Positions 9,514 to 19,468 of a DNA stretch of 64,000 bases are shown one piece after another. Within the stretch, counting starts at the first letter, position 1; each line of letters starts with the position of its first letter. Location: NCBI GenBank assembly GCA_963801675.1, contig CAWDFN010000001.1, positions 1,989,811-2,053,810 of the forward strand. Direction: 5' to 3'. The notes beneath the pieces were generated by a model, which saw only the letters and a list, made by a program, of their open reading frames with translations, did no database searches and was not told where the DNA came from. The position numbers and the translations under genes were made by a program. The stretch comes from an uncultured Planctomycetia bacterium (GTDB lineage: Bacteria; Planctomycetota; Planctomycetia; Pirellulales; PALSA-1355).

Positions 9514-10075
9514 TTGGTTGCCCTTTTTTCTAGGAGCTGAAGAGGATCCAAGAATTATTGGAACTGCTTGACACGATTCTCTCTCCTCGGGCTCTCAACG
9601 TAGCTGAAACCGGCACGTCCTCGCCCTTACGATTGGTCGAAGCTAAGCCGGCCGGGGGGTGCATTATGTCGTTCCAACGCGCAACTGTCTACGAACAAAT
9701 TCGCAGCGACTGGCAAGTCATACAATCGCCAAACAGGATACCGGTTGCCCGGAAATCCGCTGTGGGTTCAAATCCTACCTTCGATACTTCTCGATTCTCA
9801 AAGGCTTACGGCCATCGGTCTTCGCGATCTGCGAACTCTGCAAGCAAGGCAAGTAGAGGTACCGACAAATCGGCCTCCCAGTCGGGATAGAGCAAACCGA
9901 TTCGGACAGCTTTCAGACCGATAATGAGTTAGGCCGGCCGCTCAAGTTTCGATGTCTAGTGGGCTAATGTCGCCCCACCGCTATCTGATTCCTCGAAATT
10001 GCCTGGCAGCACATGAGCGGCAGTTTACCGGAGGGCAACCAGATAGGACACTAATCTTTTAGCCATTCGACGCCT

Positions 10076-11029
10076 TTGACGCTTGTTACCCAGCTTTCAC
10101 GGGTTAAAATCCCGTTTATGAAAGACTGGTTGAGAAACTTGCCGTCCGCCATTGGACGATGGCTCTGGTGCATTTGTCGCCCATGCCGGTACGCATTCGC
10201 AGAGGATGTTAAAGCCCCAGACGCGAATGGATTCGATGGGCACCAACCCCTGGGATTCTTCGCGACCTTGCTGACTACTCAAGCAGCAGCATTGGTGATT
10301 CTCGCTCAGGGCAACACCAGTGAGTTGAGATTAAAACACTATCTCATATACTTCGCGTTCGCAGTGCTCCCGTTGGCTGGAATCGTTGCCGTTGTTCTCC
10401 GAAGCGCAACGCTCCAAAACAACATCCTCACTAGCATTTACAACCAGGCCACGCTCACGTTCGGGCGCTGGGTCTTGCTGTACGGCCTCATCCTCACTAT
10501 CGGTCTGCCGGCATTGGGATGGTGGGGCTGGATTCCAGGACAGAAAACTAGAATAGATTTCACCGACAGTTTCATCCGCTGCCTTCCAGCTCAATTTGGC
10601 GAAACCGAAAAGCTACAAGGACACTCAGATCCAACATTAGACGATTGGACTAATTCAATTTCCAAGGGCCTTGAACCGCCATCAGAATCCCGCAAGGTGC
10701 TCATGGTGATAGAGCAGGACGGATCATTCACAGAGAATTTCCGCCGTTTCCCCGCATGGATCACGTTCGCAAGCAATGCTGTTGCAAAGGGCGGGCAAGC
10801 GTATCTCGTACGAAAGACGGGCGCGAGTGACATAACTCCGTCATTTTTGGTGCAACGTCTTCTGCCCAGCGAAGAAAGCGATATTCAAACACACGTGATT
10901 GACATCGTGAACCCAGATAAAGGTGACTTTCTAATGCTGTTCCTGATTGTCGGCGAACGATCCACGAATCAGGCCTTCCCGCCAGGCACAAACGCGTCGG
11001 ACTATGGATTTCAATTACAGACTAGGTGA
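10076..11029 (+). CDS. hypothetical membrane protein
   Basis: 317-aa ORF. The first ATG at 10118 gives MKDWLRNLPS. Several hydrophobic helices fill the N-terminal half and the C-terminal half looks soluble. Its stop overlaps the start of the next ORF. Confidence 0.45.
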   Translation: MTLVTQLSRVKIPFMKDWLRNLPSAIGRWLWCICRPCRYAFAEDVKAPDANGFDGHQPLGFFATLLTTQAAALVILAQGNTSELRLKHYLIYFAFAVLPLAGIVAVVLRSATLQNNILTSIYNQATLTFGRWVLLYGLILTIGLPALGWWGWIPGQKTRIDFTDSFIRCLPAQFGETEKLQGHSDPTLDDWTNSISKGLEPPSESRKVLMVIEQDGSFTENFRRFPAWITFASNAVAKGGQAYLVRKTGASDITPSFLVQRLLPSEESDIQTHVIDIVNPDKGDFLMLFLIVGERSTNQAFPPGTNASDYGFQLQTR

Positions 11030-11721
11030 GCCAAATGAAAGTGACATCCCGAACACGAAGATTCTGCTGTGCCGCGTATTTTTGCATGTTTTTATTCGCT
11101 GCATATCCTGCGTATGCTGGAAAGATCTCGGGAACTACTGTCAGCCTAGATGGGGTTCAGATACAGCCTGGCGTTGAAATTAGCGCACGTCGAATCAATT
11201 CGGTTGGCATTCCCGATCGCACTATTTTTGTTCGCGCAGTCAGTGGCGCGGACGGGCGTTACCAAATCGACGTAGGTAATACGCCAGCCGTTCAACTCGT
11301 CTTTAGAAACGGCCGAGTCAGCACGACATTGCAACGGCTAGGTGGACTCACAGATATTGCGGATTTAATTGTGGTCGCGCCGGCGAGTCTGGTGGAGCAA
11401 GACTACCCGCCATGCTATTCACCGTGCGGACCAACGCCTTTTGCCCGCGCCGCTCGGCAGCACCAGCCCAAGACGCAGATAGCAATCGCGCCGCGGCAAC
11501 CCGAGACCATACCCGTACCGGAATTGCGGACTTGGACCAGTCGAGCCGGAGGCGCAGTGATGGCGAAACTTGTGCGGGTTGAAGGTGCCAAGGCTTACTT
11601 TGAGCGTGACAATGGAAAGCGGGCATCAGCGATTGTCGCTGACTTGTCTGTTGCAGATCAAAAGCAGATTAGCAGCTGGCTAGATTCTCGAAAGTTAGCA
11701 CAGGGAGCGAAAACGAGATAA
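11026..11721 (+). CDS. secreted protein with CarboxypepD_reg-like segment and C-terminal SHD1-like domain
   Basis: The N-terminus is signal-like (FCCAAYFCMFLFAAYPAYAG). RTWTSRAGGAVMAKLVRVEGAKAYFERDNGKRASAIVADLSVADQ fits the SHD1 pattern. An alternative ATG lies at 11035. Confidence 0.55.
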   Translation: MSQMKVTSRTRRFCCAAYFCMFLFAAYPAYAGKISGTTVSLDGVQIQPGVEISARRINSVGIPDRTIFVRAVSGADGRYQIDVGNTPAVQLVFRNGRVSTTLQRLGGLTDIADLIVVAPASLVEQDYPPCYSPCGPTPFARAARQHQPKTQIAIAPRQPETIPVPELRTWTSRAGGAVMAKLVRVEGAKAYFERDNGKRASAIVADLSVADQKQISSWLDSRKLAQGAKTR

Positions 11722-11790
11722 GTGATAAGCAGGGACGGTCGATCGACGACGGGGGGAGAGGGGAGTGCTGGCAAGGTGTCGCGTCTGAAA

Positions 11791-11854
11791 AATTGCAGAG
11801 TTAATTGCAGAGTTGAGGGTGAAAATGAGGCGATTCAGTGCGATCTCTGCAATT
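11791..11854. repeat. tandem AATTGCAGAGTT x2 plus inverted CTCTGCAATT
   Basis: Direct copies lie at 11791-11802 and 11803-11814, with an inverted copy at 11845-11854. They sit immediately left of the tRNA-3'-like remnant. Confidence 0.6.
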
Positions 11855-11914
11855 CATGCAAAGTCGGAAACCCTTATTTCTCTGTAACTTGCGTGTTGTC
11901 GGTGGATCACTTGC

Positions 11915-11962
<48 letters not shown>

Positions 11963-11968
11963 TGTCGA

Positions 11969-12313
11969 TTAGACGCCAAGTGCCCGCTTCAGGCACTCGT
12001 CGATCTTGGTCATCGTCGATGGAGATAGCGACCCAATGACCTTCAAAACACGCTTTTGCTCAAGCGTGTACAGGTTTTCGCATTGCACGGCCGACGGCAA
12101 TCGCAAACCCGATTTCTTGCCTTCCGGCGTCGAGAGATCGACGGCAACGTGAGTGTCCAACGAGCGCCGCAACTGGCTGGTGATGAGCGCGAGGATCGTG
12201 TCGTCGAGAACGCTGTTCTTTGCGTCAGCCTGCACGACTAAGGCCGGCCGAACTTTCCTGCCCGTGCCATCGCTGTATGGGTAGTCGACGATCACAACGT
12301 CGCTGCGCTTCAT
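11969..12313 (-). CDS. MazF/PemK-family type II toxin (paralog of 559..918)
   Basis: 114 aa. SDVVIVDYPYSDGTGRKVRPALVVQ...CENLYTLEQ...VIGSL. It overlaps the antitoxin ORF by 4 nt. Confidence 0.8.
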   Translation of the reverse strand: MKRSDVVIVDYPYSDGTGRKVRPALVVQADAKNSVLDDTILALITSQLRRSLDTHVAVDLSTPEGKKSGLRLPSAVQCENLYTLEQKRVLKVIGSLSPSTMTKIDECLKRALGV

Positions 12314-12561
12314 GAGGGGCGCCGCGGGTCGAGGTCGTTGTAGACGTCCATTGCAGGATCATCCCAGCCGGCCCTCTTGCCGGCCTCGCGCAGCAGCCAC
12401 CGCTGCTCTTCGTCGGACAGGGGTCCGTCGTCGAACAAGTCTTTGATCCGGTCGTAAATCTCGGCGCGAATCAACACGTACCGCTGATCGCCATCGACGA
12501 TTTCGACCGGCTTGCCGCCGGCGGCTTCAATCGCGGCTTTGAATTCGGAGGGCATGTTCAT
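12310..12561 (-). CDS. antitoxin partner of MazF-like toxin
   Basis: 83 aa. KPVEIVDGDQRYVLIRAEIYDRI is followed by GWDDPAMDVYNDLD. Paralog of 915..1184 and 28391..28624. Confidence 0.65.
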   Translation of the reverse strand: MNMPSEFKAAIEAAGGKPVEIVDGDQRYVLIRAEIYDRIKDLFDDGPLSDEEQRWLLREAGKRAGWDDPAMDVYNDLDPRRPS

Positions 12562-12670
12562 ACTCCAATCCTATCTCCCGTGGGCTATACTGGGCAAGAA
12601 CAGCCGGTAGAATGGCCGGCCATCCCGCGTCAAATGTGCCTTTACTTTCACCCGTTCGGGACGCTCTGAC

Positions 12671-13672
12671 ATGAACCATCACAAATACACCTTGTTGGCT
12701 ATCGTCGCCTCGCTGCTCGTATTCGCATGGGGCGCAACGGCCGCCGAGCCCGACTCTACCGCCAAACCGAAGCTGACCAAGACGGACGTCGAAGGCATGA
12801 TGAAGTCGCTTTCGAACTGGGGGCGGTGGGGGGCCGACGATCAGCTTGGCACGTTGAACCTGATCACTCCGGAAAAGCGCAAGGCGGCGGCGACACTGGT
12901 CACCGAGGGGGCGAGCGTTTCGTTGGCGCACGATGTGGTGAAGACCGAGCAGTCGGGCTCGGGGCCGTTCACGCACAAGATGATCGCACTGCCGCAACAG
13001 GTCGACGCCGGCAGCGCCATGGACGAGTATCGAGTGGCCTATCACGGGTTCACGCAGACGCACCTCGACGCGCTGTGCCACCTGTTCTACAAGGGCAAGA
13101 TGTATAACGGCTTTTCGCAGTCGGAAGTCACCGAGCGCGGGGCCGGCAAGCTTTCGGTGGCCAACATGAAGCAGGGCATCTTTACCCGCTGCGTGCTGAT
13201 GGATCTGCCCAAGCTGCTAGGCGTGCGGTTTCTCGAAGGGGGCCACGCGATTTATCCGGCCGATCTCGAAGCCTGCGAGAAGGCCGCCGGAATCAAAGTC
13301 GAAAAGGGGGACGCCGTGTTGATCCGAACCGGCCGCTGGGCCCGCGGCCAGGAGGAGGGCGATTGGGAGATTCTCAAAAGCTCCGCCGGATTGCACGCCT
13401 CGTGCCTGCCGTGGCTCAAGACTCGCGACGTGGCCGTGGTCGGTAGCGACCTGGCGCTCGACGTGCTGCCGTCGCGCGTCGAGGGTTTTGAAATGCCCGT
13501 GCATTGGGTGGTCGTCGTGGCGATGGGCATGCCCATTCTCGACAACCTCGACCTGGAAGCGGTGAGTAAAGCCACCGAAGCCCGCAAACGCTGGGCGTTT
13601 TTGTTGACCGTCGCGCCCTTGGCCGTCGAAGGTGGCACCGGCTCGCCGGTCAACCCGCTGGCGACGTTTTGA
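12671..13672 (+). CDS. cyclase-family protein (kynurenine-formamidase-like fold), secreted
   Basis: 333 aa with a signal peptide (LLAIVASLLVFAWGATAAEP). HGFTQTHLDALCH fits the putative-cyclase metal-binding motif. Confidence 0.75.
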   Translation: MNHHKYTLLAIVASLLVFAWGATAAEPDSTAKPKLTKTDVEGMMKSLSNWGRWGADDQLGTLNLITPEKRKAAATLVTEGASVSLAHDVVKTEQSGSGPFTHKMIALPQQVDAGSAMDEYRVAYHGFTQTHLDALCHLFYKGKMYNGFSQSEVTERGAGKLSVANMKQGIFTRCVLMDLPKLLGVRFLEGGHAIYPADLEACEKAAGIKVEKGDAVLIRTGRWARGQEEGDWEILKSSAGLHASCLPWLKTRDVAVVGSDLALDVLPSRVEGFEMPVHWVVVVAMGMPILDNLDLEAVSKATEARKRWAFLLTVAPLAVEGGTGSPVNPLATF

Positions 13673-13682
13673 TACGAAGAGA

Positions 13683-13891
13683 CGAAGAGAATTCGCCACA
13701 GAGGGCACAGAGGACACAGAGAGACGAAGAGAGAGAGAGTTTTTACGAAGAGGTGTTTGATCAAAAACTCAGAGTGAACAATCAAGGGGCCTAGAGCACC
13801 TACAAGCGCAGAAATTCAAGTGCTTTCCTTTTTCATCCTTCATCCTTCCGCCTTCATCCTTCTCTGTGCCCTCTGTGGCTAATCTCTTCGT
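13683..13891. repeat. long imperfect hairpin element (arms CGAAGAGAATTCGCCACAGAGGGCACAGAG / CTCTGTGCCCTCTGTGGCTAATCTCTTCG; core contains TTCATCCTTCATCCTTCCGCCTTCATCC)
   Basis: The arms lie at about 13683-13712 and 13862-13891, between convergent genes. It belongs to the same family as 29816-29928, 36117-36280 and the partial copy at 43095-43140. Confidence 0.7.
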
Positions 13892-13902
13892 TGCCTTTCG
13901 TT

Positions 13903-15261
13903 TCACCGCGCCGCCTGCGCCGTGCTGCCTACACAATACACGCGCTGCGACGTGCGGATGATTAGCTTGTCGCCGACGATGATCGGCGTGGCCATGCCCA
14001 TGTCGTCGTCGGCCAGTTTATTCGTATGCAGGATTTCGAACTGGCTGCCGGGCTTGATGACGAAGGTCACGCCGTCTTCGTTCAAGCAAAACAGCTTGCC
14101 GCCGTACGTCCACGGCGAGCTGGTGAAGCCCTTGCCCTCGGGTATCCGCTTCTTGGGATAGATCTCGCTGCCGGTGTGGGCGTCGTACGCCGCCATGAAC
14201 CCGCGATCGTAGAGAATGTACAGCGTGTCGCCCAGAACGAGCGGCGTGGGATGGTAGGGGCCGATCTTCTGGCTACTCCAGACGATCGCCGCCGTGCTGG
14301 TTTCCTTTTCGCCCGGCGAAATGTCGCCGCTGGCGCCCGGCCGAATGACGTACAGCGGGTTGCTGCCCCACACCACGTGCCCGGCGGCCAGATAGAGATT
14401 GCCGAACTCAGCAAACGGCGTGGGCACCGCCAGGATACTCTTGCCTTTGATTTGCCACAGCAGCTTGCCGTCGAGATCGTACGAGCGGCCCCAGTTGATG
14501 CCGGAAACGACCAGTTCGGTGCGCTGCTCGTTCTCCCACACGAAGGGCGTGGCGTAGTTGGTTTTCTCGTCGCGTTCGACTTTCCACACGACGTCGCCGG
14601 TTTTCTTGTCGAGCGCCAGCAGATACGACTTCTCGTCATTGTCGTTGACGACGTACACGCGGTCCTTGTACACGATCGGCGAAATCGACGTGCCCCAGCC
14701 GTACTGAGTTTCACTCGGCTGCACCATGTGCTTCCACAGCAGCTCTCCGTTCATGTCGTAGCAGAACAGGCCCACGTTGCCGAAGTAGGCGTAAATGCGC
14801 TGGCCGTCGGTGGCCGGCGTTTCCGAAGCCAGCGTGTTCTTGATGTGGTGCGGCTTGGCCGGAATCGCCTCGTGCGCCGTCTTTTCCCAAAGCGTTTTGC
14901 CGGTCTTCAAATCGAGGCAAAAAACTTTCCACTGATGAACGTCGGTCGGCTTAGGATATTTGTTGGCGTCGACGTCTTCCAGATAAAGACCCTTGCGCGG
15001 CGCGGTTGTCTCGCCCGTGTTGACGCACGTGGTGAGAATGACGCGGTCGCCCGAGACGATGGGCGACGACCAGCCCAGTCCCGGCAGGTCCGACTTCCAA
15101 ACGATGTTTTCGGTCGTCGTCCAGCGGTCGGGCGGCGTCACGCTGCCGGCGGTCGCCGGCGTTCGGGCAGCCAGAAACCGCGGCACCTGCTCGTCGGCCC
15201 GGACAAAACCGCAGCAGCAAGCCAATACGAGCCAACAAGTCCACGTCGTCGTGCGCATCAT
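13903..15261 (-). CDS. PQQ-like/BamB-like beta-propeller repeat protein, secreted
   Basis: The internal Met of ORF 13903..15387 gives MMRTTTWTCWLVLACCCGFVRA (signal). Repeated W-x-hydrophobic propeller blades follow (NIVWKS, TLWEKT, LLWKHM, VVWKVE, LLWQIK). Confidence 0.7.
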   Translation of the reverse strand: MMRTTTWTCWLVLACCCGFVRADEQVPRFLAARTPATAGSVTPPDRWTTTENIVWKSDLPGLGWSSPIVSGDRVILTTCVNTGETTAPRKGLYLEDVDANKYPKPTDVHQWKVFCLDLKTGKTLWEKTAHEAIPAKPHHIKNTLASETPATDGQRIYAYFGNVGLFCYDMNGELLWKHMVQPSETQYGWGTSISPIVYKDRVYVVNDNDEKSYLLALDKKTGDVVWKVERDEKTNYATPFVWENEQRTELVVSGINWGRSYDLDGKLLWQIKGKSILAVPTPFAEFGNLYLAAGHVVWGSNPLYVIRPGASGDISPGEKETSTAAIVWSSQKIGPYHPTPLVLGDTLYILYDRGFMAAYDAHTGSEIYPKKRIPEGKGFTSSPWTYGGKLFCLNEDGVTFVIKPGSQFEILHTNKLADDDMGMATPIIVGDKLIIRTSQRVYCVGSTAQAAR

Positions 15262-15756
15262 GTGCAGAGCTCCCGCGTGCGAGAAAAGGTCGCGCTGTAA
15301 TAACCGATTCAAAAACCGGAATCGTAGGTTCGCGTCGGCCTTGGGGGCGGGCCCGCAGTGTTTGATGCTATCCGGCGCCCAATGCAAGCGTCAAGATTTC
15401 AGGGCGAAGAATTCCGCCCCTGCTGGCAGTGCCGAGGCACGTCGCGGCGACCATGCGATGATCCGGGGCAAGAACCCTGCCATCAACCCTCGTCGTTCTC
15501 CAAATCTCATTGCTCGTTTTTGCCCGACGAAACAGCGTTGCCGCGGCGCTCTTGTGGGCCAACGGCCCAACCTGCCTAAGCCAGGGGCACCGCCCCTGGG
15601 ACGCAATCCGACCAACCCGATTCTCGCCAGCCGCAACGCGGCGAACTGACTTTGCGCACCTGGCCGCGACTGAGACAGGGCGCCCCGTCGTGCCTCCTGG
15701 TAGAATGGCGAAATGACCGATCTGACGCCAATATTCCGTCCACGACGGACCCGTCG

Positions 15757-16653
15757 ATGACGCGTGACGCTGAAAATCGCGGGTACCGCTCCAGCCAAAA
15801 ATGGCTGCTCGCGGCGACCGTTGCACTTGCCGTTTGCTCAGCCTTTACTTATTGGCTCACGGCCGGTCCAAACGACGAGCTTAGCCGACTCGTGGCCGAG
15901 TTCAGGCATCACAGCGGCGCAAGACTGGTGTTCGAGCGCGACCAACTGCCCGCCGGCGATTACCACGAGGTGATGGTGCCGCTGACACCCGAGGACCGCG
16001 AAGATGCCGCCCGCATCGCAGTCCATGAAGCGCACAAATTCCCTCGGCGATATCTGGGCCGGCTGGGCCTTTCCGCGGTCGGCATTTTTCAAGCCTGCGC
16101 GTCGACTCGCGGCGACGGCTTTCGAGAGTTCGACGAGGAACTTCAAGGCTATCGCTACTACGGCATCTACAACGGTTCCAACGCGATCGCCGCGGCCTAT
16201 TACTCCGACCGCCAATTGCCGCTCACGCTGAATCACGAGATTTTTCATCACATCGACCGCGTGGCGGGCCTTAGCAATCGAGGCAAGCTCGACGCTCGCT
16301 GGCTTGCCGCGCTTGCCGGCACTGAACTTTACCCGGCCTTAGAGTTGAAGCCCGATGCCCTGGCCGCGCTCGAACAACACTCGTCGGGCGAGATCTTGGA
16401 GGACTCAGTGAGCGACTACGCGTCCGCAAATCCCAAGGAAGATCGAGCCGAGACCGCCCGCTATTTGCTCAGCACTCTGCCGGACGCCTTGGTGCAAGCC
16501 GCCCGCCGGCCGGAATTGCTCGGAAGTCAGCGCATCCTGCATGTATTGGCGACCTACCGGCAGGTGCCAAACGGCAATGGTCCCGACATCAATTGGTTTG
16601 TCAACGTCGCCCTGGACCGAGTTGACGACAAGGGCCGGGCAACAAAGCCCTAG
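15757..16653 (+). CDS. hypothetical membrane-anchored protein with HExxH motif (possible zinc metallopeptidase-like)
   Basis: The internal Met of ORF 15652..16653 is followed by a TM segment (WLLAATVALAVCSAFTYWL). LTLNHEIFHHIDR contains HEIFH. Confidence 0.45.
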   Translation: MTRDAENRGYRSSQKWLLAATVALAVCSAFTYWLTAGPNDELSRLVAEFRHHSGARLVFERDQLPAGDYHEVMVPLTPEDREDAARIAVHEAHKFPRRYLGRLGLSAVGIFQACASTRGDGFREFDEELQGYRYYGIYNGSNAIAAAYYSDRQLPLTLNHEIFHHIDRVAGLSNRGKLDARWLAALAGTELYPALELKPDALAALEQHSSGEILEDSVSDYASANPKEDRAETARYLLSTLPDALVQAARRPELLGSQRILHVLATYRQVPNGNGPDINWFVNVALDRVDDKGRATKP

Positions 16654-16776
16654 CCGCCTCTGGCCTTGCCAATCGGCCCGCTGGTACAATCGTGCCTGCT
16701 GGGCATGTCGCCTCTCGTAAGGCCGACATTTTGATCCCATCACACACATCACCTTCTTGGCGGGAGGAATCGGGCC

Positions 16777-18447
16777 ATGACACTCAGAATCTTGCGATCA
16801 CAAGCAGTCGCACATTGCTCAGTCGCAGCCGTCTTGATGGCAGGCATGATCTCGGTGGCACTGGCCGATTCCCAGGAGCTGATGGTGCCGATGCGCGACG
16901 GCGCGAAGCTGGCCACGAATGTCTTCCTGCCCACGGGCGATGGCCCCTGGCCGGTCGTGCTCACGCGCACGCCGTACAACAAGGGCAAGGCCGCCGAGCG
17001 CGAGAAGTCAGAGTCGCAGTATCTCAATCGCGGCTACGTGCGGATCGTGCAGGACTGCCGCGGACGCTTCGCCAGCGAAGGGGCCTATCGGGCGTTCATC
17101 GACGACATGGAAGACGGCTACGACACCGTCGAGTGGGCAGCGAAGCAGCCCTGGTCGAACGGCAAGGTGGGCATGATCGGCGGCTCGGCCATGGGCATCA
17201 CCGCCAATCACGCCGCCATGAGCGGCGCGCCGCACCTGCTGTGCAACGTCGTGATCGTCGGCCACGGCAGTTCCTACCACTACTCGGGCTATCCCGGCGG
17301 CGTGTTCCTGAAGAACCTCAACGAAGAGTGGCTACGCCGCCAGGGCGTGCCGCCAGCCGACGTGCCGCGGCCTATCCATCGCGTGTATGACGACTCGTTC
17401 CGCACGCGCGATATCGAACATTGCTTTGCAAACATGAAAGTGCCCACCCTCAATATCGGCGGCTGGTACGACATCTTCAGCCAGGGCAACATCGACTGCT
17501 TCATGGGCCTGCAATATCGCGGCGGCGAAGGAGCCAAAGGCAACCAGAAACTCGTGATGGGCGCGTTCGGACACGGACAACTGGCCGGCGACCTCAAATA
17601 TCCGGCCGATTCGGGCCGCCAAGATCTCGACTTGTCAATACGCTGGTTCGACCACTGGCTCAAAGGCATCGACAACGGCGTCGAGCGCGAGCCGGCGGTG
17701 CGCTATTACATGATGGGCGACACCTTCGACTCAACCGCGCCGGGAAACCAGTGGCGAACGACCGACGTCTGGCCGCCGAAGTCTCAGATCACGCCCTACT
17801 ACCTGCAAGCCGGCCACAAGCTGTCGACGGCGGCGCCCAAGGCCGAGGCCGGCTCGGCGGACGCGGCGGACACGTTCGTCTACGATCCGAAGAATCCCGT
17901 GCCAACCCTCGGCGGCAACAATCTGATGCTGAAGCTCGGACCCATGGACCAGCGCGAAGTGAGCGGCCGTAGCGACGTGCTGAAATACGAAACCGACGCG
18001 CTGGCCGAAGCGGTCGAAATCGCCGGACAGGTCGTCGCCGAGCTGGCCGTCAGCACTGACGCCGAAGACACCGACTTTACGGTCAAGCTGGTCGACGTCT
18101 ATCCCAACGGTTACGAGGCCCTGGTGCTCGACCAGGCCTTCCGGCTGCGCTTCCGCGAAGGTTTCAACCGCATGGTCCGCGCCGAACGTAACAAGGTCTA
18201 CCCCATCAAGGTCAACCTGTGGTCCACGGCGCTGGCCTTTAACAAGGGTCACAAGATCGCGGTCCACGTCAGCAGCAGCAACGCGCCGCGATTCGAGCAC
18301 CACTCGAACACCTGGGAGCCGCTGGCCAGCTACGAGCAGTCCGTGAAGGCCCACAACACGGTCCATCACGACAAGGTCAATGCCTCGCGGCTCATGCTGC
18401 CGGTCACGAAGGTCTACGCATCGAGTGCCGCCGCGGGCGGCAATTGA
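16777..18447 (+). CDS. CocE/NonD-family hydrolase (S15 X-Pro dipeptidyl-peptidase-like)
   Basis: 556 aa with a signal peptide. VVLTRTPYNKG and the MIGGSAMG nucleophile elbow are present, followed by a long C-terminal beta-sandwich region typical of the family. Confidence 0.85.
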   Translation: MTLRILRSQAVAHCSVAAVLMAGMISVALADSQELMVPMRDGAKLATNVFLPTGDGPWPVVLTRTPYNKGKAAEREKSESQYLNRGYVRIVQDCRGRFASEGAYRAFIDDMEDGYDTVEWAAKQPWSNGKVGMIGGSAMGITANHAAMSGAPHLLCNVVIVGHGSSYHYSGYPGGVFLKNLNEEWLRRQGVPPADVPRPIHRVYDDSFRTRDIEHCFANMKVPTLNIGGWYDIFSQGNIDCFMGLQYRGGEGAKGNQKLVMGAFGHGQLAGDLKYPADSGRQDLDLSIRWFDHWLKGIDNGVEREPAVRYYMMGDTFDSTAPGNQWRTTDVWPPKSQITPYYLQAGHKLSTAAPKAEAGSADAADTFVYDPKNPVPTLGGNNLMLKLGPMDQREVSGRSDVLKYETDALAEAVEIAGQVVAELAVSTDAEDTDFTVKLVDVYPNGYEALVLDQAFRLRFREGFNRMVRAERNKVYPIKVNLWSTALAFNKGHKIAVHVSSSNAPRFEHHSNTWEPLASYEQSVKAHNTVHHDKVNASRLMLPVTKVYASSAAAGGN

Positions 18448-18600
18448 CAACACGGTCTCGAGTCGTTCGTCATGCCTTGGGTGCCACTGGCGTCTCGCCA
18501 GTGCGCGTAAGGACACGCGGCAAGATGCCCACGGCACCCGATATTTTTGAGCGGTCGGAGTGCGAGATCGTTGGGTCCGCCATCCTGCTCGCCGGGCGCG

Positions 18601-19455
18601 TCAGGCGGCCTGATGTTGGCGAAGCGGAGATTCTACGGCCGGAGTGGTCTTGGCCGTCGGACGAACGCGGCGAAAGCCACCCATCAGCGCCGGCAGAAAG
18701 TTCGGCCATAATCGTTTGATCAGCCATGCCGTGTGGGCTCCGAAGCCCAGTACCACCGTGGCACGATTGCGGTGGATCGCGTGCAACACGCGCTCCGCCA
18801 CGACCTCGGGTCCGATGCTGATCCATTTCGAGGGCGCTGGCGCCGGCCGCGATTCCTTGGCGGTCATCGTCGATGAGAACAGTCGCGTGCGCACGAACCC
18901 CGGACAAACGACGGTGACGCCGACGCCGAACTTGGCCAGCTCGCTGCGCAGCGATTCGCTGAATCCCACCAATCCGAACTTGGTCAGACAGTAGGCCGAG
19001 ACCCGTTTGAAGGCCACCAGGCCGGCGATGCTGGCGATATTGACGATTTGCGCCTCGCCGCGCTGTTTGAGCGTCGGCAACAGCCGGCGAATGATTTGCG
19101 CCGGGGCCAGCAGGTTGACCGCCACGAGCGAATCCCATTGCGCGTCGGTGATCGAGTCGGCCGGTCCGTAAAACGCCCGGCCGGCGTTGTTGATCACGAT
19201 GTCGACTCCGCCCCATTCGATCAGCAGCTGATTGAGGCACGCGTCGAGGTCGTCGCGATCGGTCAGATCGCAGCGCCAGGCGAGCACGCGCGTGCCCTGT
19301 TCGCGCAGTTCGGCGGCCAGCATTTCCAAGCCCGCGGCGTCGACGTCGATCAGGCACAATTCGGCCTGTTCCCGGGCCAGTGCGCAGGCGATTGCCCGAC
19401 CGATGCCCGAGGCGGCGCCCGTCACGATTGCTTTTTTCCCAGCGATGACTTTCAC
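18601..19455 (-). CDS. short-chain dehydrogenase/reductase (SDR)
   Basis: TGAASGIGRA cofactor motif and YCLTK (YxxxK) active site. It lies 13 nt downstream of the P450 gene. Confidence 0.9.
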   Translation of the reverse strand: MKVIAGKKAIVTGAASGIGRAIACALAREQAELCLIDVDAAGLEMLAAELREQGTRVLAWRCDLTDRDDLDACLNQLLIEWGGVDIVINNAGRAFYGPADSITDAQWDSLVAVNLLAPAQIIRRLLPTLKQRGEAQIVNIASIAGLVAFKRVSAYCLTKFGLVGFSESLRSELAKFGVGVTVVCPGFVRTRLFSSTMTAKESRPAPAPSKWISIGPEVVAERVLHAIHRNRATVVLGFGAHTAWLIKRLWPNFLPALMGGFRRVRPTAKTTPAVESPLRQHQAA

Positions 19456-19468
19456 GGCTTACCTCGAT

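Noticed and set aside
9640-9790. A possible tRNA-like element. GTGGGTTCAAATCCTAC looks like a T-arm, and GTCGAAG (about 9647) can pair with CTTCGAT (about 9778) as a 7-bp acceptor stem.
   Set aside because: The two acceptor strands are about 150 nt apart. No D-arm or anticodon arm can be drawn. No tmRNA tag frame or conserved tmRNA 5' sequence is present. It is most likely chance or a highly decayed fragment, and only a tRNA/tmRNA scanner could rescue it.
9558-9890. 110-aa and 65-aa plus-strand ORFs between the small membrane protein gene and 10076.
   Set aside because: There are no motifs, signal or ribosome-binding site, and the composition looks non-coding. The region is left unannotated.
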